Below the pieces are notes generated by a model. That model saw only the letters and a list, made by a program, of their open reading frames with translations. It searched no databases and was not told the origin of the DNA. From a virus, in IMG/VR virus record IMGVR_UViG_3300029514_000040: a stretch of 5,643 bases of DNA; one strand, given 5' to 3'. Of the stretch, positions 1-3,886 are shown one piece after another. A program made the translations under genes and the position numbers. Numbering within the stretch: the first letter of the stretch is position 1; every line of letters begins with the position of its first letter.

Positions 1-89
1 AAACCCCGGCTATTTTTGAAAATGGCAATACCAGCCTTTTTAGGAGCCTTATCAACAGGCGCGAAAATACTGGGCGGAGTAAGCGGCCT
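1..89. repeat. Terminal redundancy (copy 1) from linearising a circular genome; identical to 5555..5643
   Basis: Base-by-base comparison shows 1..89 equals 5555..5643 exactly. This implies a circular unit of 5554 nt. The repeat spans the right arm and T-tract of the VP1 terminator and the first codons of VP2. Confidence 0.95.
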
Positions 90-876
90 AATAAACGCCG
101 GAACAGGCATCTTTAACGCACTCAAAGGCACATCGGGCAGTGGCAGCACATCAGCCGACAGTTACAACAGCGCACACGGCGAAGGCGGCTCTAGCATGAC
201 CAGCGAAAGCGGAGTAAACATGGACCAGACAAAAGAGCTGGCAAAATACTTTCTGGGGCAGAGCCAACAAGCACAGGGCATGCAGAGCATGCAAAACAAC
301 AAAAACTCTCTCCTGGCACTGGGCTTAAACACTCTGGGAGCTATCCAGCAGGGCGTTTACAATCGTATCCAGCAGGACGCGGCAATGTCCTACAACTCCG
401 CAGAGGCAGCAGCTAACAGAGCGTGGCAGGAGCGTATGAGTAACACAAGCTATCAGAGGGCAATGGCCGACATGAGAAAAGCCGGCTTAAATCCAATACT
501 GGCGTATCAACAGGGCGGAGCAAGCACACCAGGAGGAGCACAAGGCACAATCGGGCAAAGCAGTATGAGCGCGCCGAGTGTCGGAACACAGTCGGCAAGT
601 ATGCCGACAATCTCCGGCACAACCGCAAACTACTCGAAAACCAAAGCGGAAAGTTGGAACTGGACAGACTCAAGCGGAGAAATGCACAGTAGCGGTTACA
701 ACAGCTATCAGACAGACTTCCCGGACTTAACCGGATGGCTCAACCAAAACAACAACAGCGGCAAAAAAGCCGGAAGCAACACGGTGGACGCGCTAAGCGG
801 AGCTGACCACAAAGCAAAAAGCGGCAAAGTGCCAAATCTTAATCCGATGAACAAATATATTAACGGAGGTAAATAA
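22..876 (+). CDS. VP2: VP2 minor capsid / DNA pilot protein (phiX174 H-type functional class)
   Basis: The frame is open over 16..876. The track starts at TTG 16, but the first ATG is at 22 (MAIPAFLGAL...), which I prefer. The N-terminus is a Gly/Ala-rich hydrophobic segment, followed by a Ser/Gly/Gln-rich low-complexity region. The block AWQERMSNTSYQRAMADMRKAGLNPILAY matches the conserved core I recognise from Microviridae VP2 proteins. The gene sits immediately downstream of VP1 in the circular map. Stop TAA 874..876 abuts the VP4 ATG. Confidence 0.85.
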   Translation: MAIPAFLGALSTGAKILGGVSGLINAGTGIFNALKGTSGSGSTSADSYNSAHGEGGSSMTSESGVNMDQTKELAKYFLGQSQQAQGMQSMQNNKNSLLALGLNTLGAIQQGVYNRIQQDAAMSYNSAEAAANRAWQERMSNTSYQRAMADMRKAGLNPILAYQQGGASTPGGAQGTIGQSSMSAPSVGTQSASMPTISGTTANYSKTKAESWNWTDSSGEMHSSGYNSYQTDFPDLTGWLNQNNNSGKKAGSNTVDALSGADHKAKSGKVPNLNPMNKYINGGK

Positions 877-1899
877 ATGAGCTGCGCAAGGCCACTCATC
901 AGAGTATACAATCCAAATGACCACAACATAACAGGGTCAATCATGACTCTGGAAACATACCGCGAAAGAGCACACAATCCAACAGCAACATATGAGAGCC
1001 TCGCATACCGCACAGACGTGATGCTACTACCATGCGGCAAATGTCTCGGGTGCAGACTCAGACAGCGGCAAGACTGGGAAACGCGAATGTTGATGGAGTC
1101 AAAAACACTGACGCCAGTATGGTTTTTGACACTGACGTGGAATCAAGAATATGTGCCAGGTATGATAAGAGAAACAGGCGAAATCATAAGAGGTGCAGTG
1201 CATCAGTGGACGACCGGAGACGCACCGGAAGTTGTGCAAATTCTCCTGCAAGAGGACATGGTACGTTTTAACAAGAGGCTGAGAAAAAAACAAGAAACGT
1301 CCGATAAATGGGGCTTAGACCTGAGATATTTTTACTGTGGCGAATACGGCGAAAACACGGGAAGACCACATCATCACGGCATTTATTATGGTTTGGAGAT
1401 ACCAGACCTCAAGAAAAAAAGGGGTGATAATCCGTACTTCGAAAGCGAAGAGATAAACAAAATCTGGGGCATGGGCAACGTCATCATCGCAGAGGCATCA
1501 CCGGAAACGATGGCTTATGTAGCAGGATATGTAACCAAAAAGACATACGGAAACGACAGCAAAAGGTATAGGGAGTTAGGTTTAACACCGCCGTACTGTT
1601 GCATGTCAAGAAATCCGGGTCTAGGCTATGACTACTACACGAGCCATAAAGAGCAGATGTACGCAGATGATGGGCTATACTTTAACGGTAAAAAAAGGCC
1701 GATACCGAGGTACTTTGATAAAAAGTATGAGAGTGAGCGGCCAAAAGAGCTATGGGAGACAAAGCGCAAGAGACAAGAGAGTGCAATCAATGCACTAAAG
1801 CTCAAAATGAGCAATACAGGGCTGACCATCGAACAGGAAGCAAAGGTAGAAGAAGAGACAAAACGGCAAAGGTTTAAAAAAGCCAGAGGGCTATTATAG
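877..1899 (+). CDS. VP4: VP4 replication initiation protein (HUH rolling-circle endonuclease, phiX174 gpA class)
   Basis: 340-aa ORF with GGAGG at 865..869, 7 nt upstream of ATG 877. It carries an N-terminal Cys cluster (LPCGKCLGC) and RCR motif 1-like FLTLTW. The HUH motif is RPHHHGIYYG (His codons 1369..1377). The two-tyrosine catalytic motif is YVAGYVTKK (Tyr codons 1516..1518 and 1528..1530), comparable to the two-Tyr Y-x-x-x-Y active-site motif of phiX174 gpA. Confidence 0.95.
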   Translation: MSCARPLIRVYNPNDHNITGSIMTLETYRERAHNPTATYESLAYRTDVMLLPCGKCLGCRLRQRQDWETRMLMESKTLTPVWFLTLTWNQEYVPGMIRETGEIIRGAVHQWTTGDAPEVVQILLQEDMVRFNKRLRKKQETSDKWGLDLRYFYCGEYGENTGRPHHHGIYYGLEIPDLKKKRGDNPYFESEEINKIWGMGNVIIAEASPETMAYVAGYVTKKTYGNDSKRYRELGLTPPYCCMSRNPGLGYDYYTSHKEQMYADDGLYFNGKKRPIPRYFDKKYESERPKELWETKRKRQESAINALKLKMSNTGLTIEQEAKVEEETKRQRFKKARGLL

Positions 1900-1904
1900 T
1901 GTCA

Positions 1905-1941
1905 GTGGGCCTAATCCTATCAAGAAAAGGATTAGGCCCAC
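1905..1941 (+). other. Perfect 14-bp stem-loop (H1) immediately 3' of VP4
   Basis: GTGGGCCTAATCCT (1905..1918) and AGGATTAGGCCCAC (1928..1941) are exact reverse complements. The loop is 9 nt, ATCAAGAAA. No T-run follows, so it is not a canonical intrinsic terminator. Confidence 0.85.
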
Positions 1942-1984
1942 ACCCAAACTTCACAGTTATCCATGGTTAACTTAAACAATCTGA

Positions 1985-2031
1985 CAAGGGGGGACAAAAG
2001 TCCCCCCTTGCGTGTACGCCCCCCAAGGGGC
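1985..2031 (+). other. G6/C6 stem-loop (H2) with competing downstream pairing partners
   Basis: CAAGGGGGGAC (1985..1995) pairs perfectly with GTCCCCCCTTG (2000..2010) around an AAAA loop. Downstream, GCCCC (2018..2022) and GGGGC (2027..2031) form a small hairpin. CAAGGGG (2024..2030) can alternatively pair with CCCCTTG (2004..2010). Confidence 0.75.
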
Positions 2032-2063
2032 TACCGCAGGAGAACGGAGTTACGAGCTATAAC

Positions 2064-2121
2064 ATACAGGCATACGCGCACGCGCGAAACGCGCACGCAC
2101 GCACGCCTGTATTTTTTATTT
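2064..2121 (+). terminator. Long imperfect GC-rich hairpin (H3) plus T-run; candidate intrinsic terminator closing the VP2-VP4 transcript
   Basis: The outer stem ATACAGGC (2064..2071) / GCCTGTAT (2105..2112) is perfect. The interior arms are symmetric and partly pair, including GCGCG 2082..2086 with CGCGC 2090..2094 around an AAA loop. The hairpin is followed directly by TTTTTTATTTT. The interior consists of alternating purine-pyrimidine tracts (2074..2086 and 2090..2106). Confidence 0.6.
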
Positions 2122-2157
2122 TATAATATAACTTGTTGTAGCCGTAGTAGTAGGCAC

Positions 2158-2351
2158 TGTGAAAAAGTTGAAAACCATAAATTTGAAACATAACATCGTA
2201 AAAAATAAGCATATTTCAATGTTGAAAGGTTTGTTGAAAACTTGTTGAAATGTTGAAACACTTTACCAGACTAAAATCTATTGCGTATAACGATGTTGAA
2301 AAGTATGTGGAAAATGTTGAAAAGCATGAGTTTTCCACAAACTGTTGAAAA
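2158..2351 (+). repeat. Iteron array: direct repeats of GTTGAAA (extended form ATGTTGAAAAG)
   Basis: Perfect GTTGAAA heptamers start at 2167, 2221, 2233, 2244, 2252, 2295, 2316 and 2344, all in the same orientation. One-mismatch variants are TTTGAAA (2182) and GTGGAAA (2307). ATGTTGAAAAG occurs exactly twice, 21 bp apart (2293 and 2314). Several spacings are 8-12 bp. I did not spot the heptamer elsewhere in the genome by eye. Confidence 0.9.
2306..2339 (+). promoter_or_regulatory. Hairpin whose 9-bp stem is a DnaA-box consensus (candidate single-strand initiation / complementary-strand origin signal)
   Basis: TGTGGAAAA (2306..2314) and TTTTCCACA (2331..2339) are exact reverse complements with a 16-nt loop. 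TTTTCCACA fits the relaxed DnaA-box consensus TTWTNCACA. A third exact match is TGTGAAAAA at 2158..2166 (reverse complement TTTTTCACA). Confidence 0.45.
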
Positions 2352-2391
2352 TTAGAATTAAAGGCAGTGCGGCAGTCAGCCGGAAAGTCAC

Positions 2392-2431
2392 GTCATGCTC
2401 TTCGAACGGCGCACCGCGCCTAGCGCATGAC
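2392..2431. other. GC-rich nested inverted repeat between the iteron array and promoter P1
   Basis: The outer arms are GTCATGC (2392..2398) and GCATGAC (2425..2431). The inner hairpin is GGCGC (2408..2412) / GCGCC (2416..2420) with a 3-nt loop. It is flanked by palindromes TTCGAA (2401..2406) and TTCTAGAA (2433..2440). Function is unknown. Confidence 0.5.
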
Positions 2432-2438
2432 CTTCTAG

Positions 2439-2485
2439 AATAAATTACAAAAAACTATTGACAAATCCCAAAAGTGTGGTATAAT
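2439..2485 (+). promoter_or_regulatory. Promoter P1: consensus sigma70-type with extended -10 and an A-rich upstream element
   Basis: The -35 is TTGACA (2458..2463), followed by a 16-nt spacer ending in TGG. The -10 is TATAAT (2480..2485), giving the extended -10 TGgTATAAT. The upstream sequence is A/T-rich (AATAAATTACAAAAAACTA, 2439..2457). It lies 28 nt upstream of the orf65 ATG. Confidence 0.75.
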
Positions 2486-2512
2486 ATAATCAAAGAAAGG
2501 CAGGTAATAAAA

Positions 2513-2710
2513 ATGAGAAAGCCTAGACTGAACGAAAACACCATAGCAAAACTCGAAATCTACGGACAAGCAAAAAGCGGCAAAAACTACTACGAACTAA
2601 TAGACTACATTGATGCAGACGGACACCGTTACACAGAGCTTGAATGGACGAACCTAAAAACTGGAGACATTCAAACATTCGACTGGGAAAAATATACTAA
2701 AGGGGCTTGA
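2513..2710 (+). CDS. Hypothetical 65-aa hydrophilic protein (orf65), unknown function
   Basis: The track ORF 2474..2710 begins at a GTG inside the promoter. The plausible start is ATG 2513 (MRKPRLNENTIAKLEIYGQ...), preceded by the purine-rich GAAAGG at 2495..2500. There is no hydrophobic segment and I recognise no family. The gene is bracketed by promoter P1 and a strong intrinsic terminator, and stop TGA 2708..2710 lies in the terminator loop. Confidence 0.65.
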   Translation: MRKPRLNENTIAKLEIYGQAKSGKNYYELIDYIDADGHRYTELEWTNLKTGDIQTFDWEKYTKGA

Positions 2711-2727
2711 CAAGCCCCTTTTTTTTT
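2699..2727 (+). terminator. Rho-independent terminator after orf65
   Basis: AAAGGGGCTT (2699..2708) pairs with AAGCCCCTTT (2712..2721) as a 10-bp stem around the loop GAC. The T-run extends from 2719 to 2727 (9 T in total). Confidence 0.85.
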
Positions 2728-2734
2728 ATACAAT
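2707..2734 (+). promoter_or_regulatory. Promoter P2, with its -35 embedded in the orf65 terminator hairpin
   Basis: The -35 is TTGACA (2707..2712), followed by a 16-nt spacer and the -10 TACAAT (2729..2734). This places a start site about 2741, just before the RBS GGGGGA (2745..2750) and ATG 2756 of orf68. Confidence 0.55.
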
Positions 2735-2755
2735 AAAAGCAGAAGGGGGATAAAA

Positions 2756-2962
2756 ATGTACGATAGAGCATATTATGAGCTGTATAAAGGGTACAGAGGG
2801 CCGGAAACACCGGACGAATGTGAATATTTCATCCGAAAACTTTACAGACAGCTCAAAAGAGCGTATACTGTAGAGGAGGCAAAAGCCATCATAGAAGAAA
2901 TCTACAAATACAAAGACCAAAAGGCAGAAATGGAGGTGAAACAGTGGCAATCATCAGTGTGA
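2756..2962 (+). CDS. Hypothetical 68-aa protein (orf68), Tyr/Glu/Lys-rich and probably helical, unknown function
   Basis: The ORF runs from ATG 2756 to TGA 2960..2962. A strong purine RBS AAGGGGGA sits 5 nt upstream. The protein is MYDRAYYELYKGYRGPETPDECEYFIRKLYRQLKRAYTVEEAKAIIEEIYKYKDQK.... I recognise no family. Confidence 0.65.
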   Translation: MYDRAYYELYKGYRGPETPDECEYFIRKLYRQLKRAYTVEEAKAIIEEIYKYKDQKAEMEVKQWQSSV

Positions 2963-3087
2963 AGAGTATCGAGAAAGCCATCAAAATCATGATGGACATT
3001 CTCGAAAAGCTGGACGAAATTTATCACGCGCTGCACGACAAGGAGGATGACAGCAATGGCAAAACGCACGAAAATGACCAGCAGTAA
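2959..3087 (+). CDS. Possible 42-aa acidic helical peptide (GTG start overlapping the orf68 stop; alternative ATG starts at 2989 and 2992)
   Basis: Hand translation gives (V/M)KSIEKAIKIMMDILEKLDEIYHALHDKEDDSNGKTHENDQQ, ending at TAA 3085..3087. GTGTGA overlaps the orf68 stop. There is no convincing SD. The ORF fills the otherwise unassigned gap 2963..3055 and overlaps the next gene by 32 nt in another frame. Coding status is uncertain. Confidence 0.25.
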   Translation: MKSIEKAIKIMMDILEKLDEIYHALHDKEDDSNGKTHENDQQ

Positions 3088-3175
3088 AGACAAAAAGGTC
3101 TTTACTCAGACGGCAAAAAAGACCAAGGCCGTCAACGTCAGTCCGAAAAACATGAGAGGAGGCACCAGACTGTAA
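3056..3175 (+). CDS. Small basic DNA-binding / packaging protein (phiX174 J-like, gokushovirus ORF8-like), 39 aa
   Basis: This gene is absent from the ORF track because it is too short. A consensus SD AAGGAGGA (3040..3047) lies 8 nt upstream of ATG 3056. The protein is MAKRTKMTSSKDKKVFTQTAKKTKAVNVSPKNMRGGTRL, with 12 Lys/Arg and 1 acidic residue. The MRGGxRL C-terminus and Lys/Arg-rich body match small basic proteins I recall from gokushovirus-like genomes. Its TAA (3173..3175) overlaps the next ATG as TAATG. Confidence 0.75.
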   Translation: MAKRTKMTSSKDKKVFTQTAKKTKAVNVSPKNMRGGTRL

Positions 3176-3417
3176 TGCTGAGACATTATTATGCAATCTA
3201 TGACAAGGTGGCCAAGACCTTCAGCGGCCTTTTCGAGCAACAGAACGATGCAGTTGCAAGCAGGCTCTTCGAAAGCCAGCAGAAGAACAAGGACAGCTTT
3301 ATCAGCGTCAAGCCGGAAGACTTCAGGCTGCACTACATCTGCACCATGGAGGACGAGACAGGCGAAATCGTCGATAACGTCAACACGTGCGTATGTGAGG
3401 GCAAGCCCAATGAGTAA
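3175..3417 (+). CDS. VP5: VP5-like non-structural protein (80 aa)
   Basis: The protein is MLRHYYAIYDKVAKTFSGLFEQQNDAVASRLFE...PEDFRLHYICTMEDETGEI. The YxIYD...F...ND..A.R.F and PEDF.L...G..D..TGEI pattern resembles the conserved small VP5 family of Gokushovirinae as I recall it. Its position directly upstream of VP3 is syntenic. The start is coupled to the upstream stop. Confidence 0.75.
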   Translation: MLRHYYAIYDKVAKTFSGLFEQQNDAVASRLFESQQKNKDSFISVKPEDFRLHYICTMEDETGEIVDNVNTCVCEGKPNE

Positions 3418-3886
3418 ATTTAGGAGCGCATACAGCGGGCAGGTAAGGCATACGAGCCTGACCGGCAACGGCCGTGAACCTGAGTATGAGTACAAGGTAA
3501 CGGACGAAGGCCGAGAGCTGGTAAAAACCGGAGAAACAGACGTCTATGCACTCATCCAGAGCCGTCTGGATGAAACCAAAATCGAGAACATCATCAAGCG
3601 GGCAACGTATGACCCGACTGCACTGGGCAGTCAGGACTGGCAGACCAGCGAGACGATGACCGATATTTCGGACGCGCCGACAAACTACCACGAGTGGTAT
3701 GGGCGTATCAAAGACGCGGAAGCGGAGTTTGACAAGCTGCCCATCGAAATCAAAAACAAGTGGGACAATGATGTCGAAAAATACATCATGGCCTATGGAA
3801 CCCAAGAGTGGGCAGACAAAATGGGCATAGCAAAAAAGAAAGCCGAAGCGGAAAAACCGGCTGAAAAAAGTGAGGTGAAAGAATGA
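3410..3886 (+). CDS. VP3: VP3 internal scaffolding protein (158 aa)
   Basis: The track ORF 3191..3886 is open further upstream, but that upstream part is Arg/Ser/Thr-rich off-frame-looking sequence overlapping VP5. The internal ATG 3410 has GAGGG 8 nt upstream and overlaps the VP5 stop (ATGAGTAA). It yields MSKFRSAYSGQ...TGETDVYALIQSRLDETKIENIIKR... with an acidic Lys/Glu-rich tail, typical of gokushovirus VP3. The stop overlaps the VP1 start as ATGA. Confidence 0.85.
   Translation: MSKFRSAYSGQVRHTSLTGNGREPEYEYKVTDEGRELVKTGETDVYALIQSRLDETKIENIIKRATYDPTALGSQDWQTSETMTDISDAPTNYHEWYGRIKDAEAEFDKLPIEIKNKWDNDVEKYIMAYGTQEWADKMGIAKKKAEAEKPAEKSEVKE

Noticed and set aside
1963-2193. 76-aa + strand ORF in the VP4-downstream region
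   Set aside because: Its translation (Arg/Thr/Pro-rich, RTRETRTHAR...) is simply the read-out of the hairpins and the (CG/CA)n tract. It has no RBS and runs straight through the H3 terminator and T-run. It is better explained as structured non-coding DNA.
2245-2277. TTGAAA iteron cores acting as -35 elements for TAAAAT (2272..2277)
   Set aside because: The spacers from the nearest TTGAAA copies are 13 and 21 nt, outside the functional 16-18 nt range. No iteron has a well-spaced -10, so the array is unlikely to be a set of promoters.
2158-2351. CRISPR array or tandem satellite as an explanation for the GTTGAAA repeats
   Set aside because: The repeat unit is only 7-11 nt, the spacings are irregular (8-43 nt), and there are no spacer-sized unique segments. 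This is a binding-site (iteron) pattern, not a CRISPR array or a simple tandem duplication.
2419-2447. Possible XerCD dif-like recombination site around CTAGCGCATGA...CTAGAATAAAT
   Set aside because: Compared by eye with E. coli dif (GGTGCGCATAA-TGTATA-TTATGTTAAAT), each arm matches only about 7 of 11 positions. The arms that match best are separated by 4 nt rather than 6-8. With correct spacing the XerD arm match collapses. A proper profile search against dif sites of candidate hosts would be needed to settle this.
2474-2512. GTG-initiated extension of orf65 (the track start)
   Set aside because: These codons overlap the spacer and -10 of promoter P1, so they would lie upstream of, or at, the transcription start. 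ATG 2513 is the first start compatible with the promoter.
3191-3409. N-terminal extension of the VP3 frame (the track ORF begins at 3191)
   Set aside because: The extension lies entirely inside the better-supported VP5-like gene, in another frame. Its Arg/Ser/Thr-rich composition looks off-frame, and the ATG at 3191 has no RBS. ATG 3410 has an RBS, overlaps the VP5 stop, and gives a typical VP3 N-terminus.
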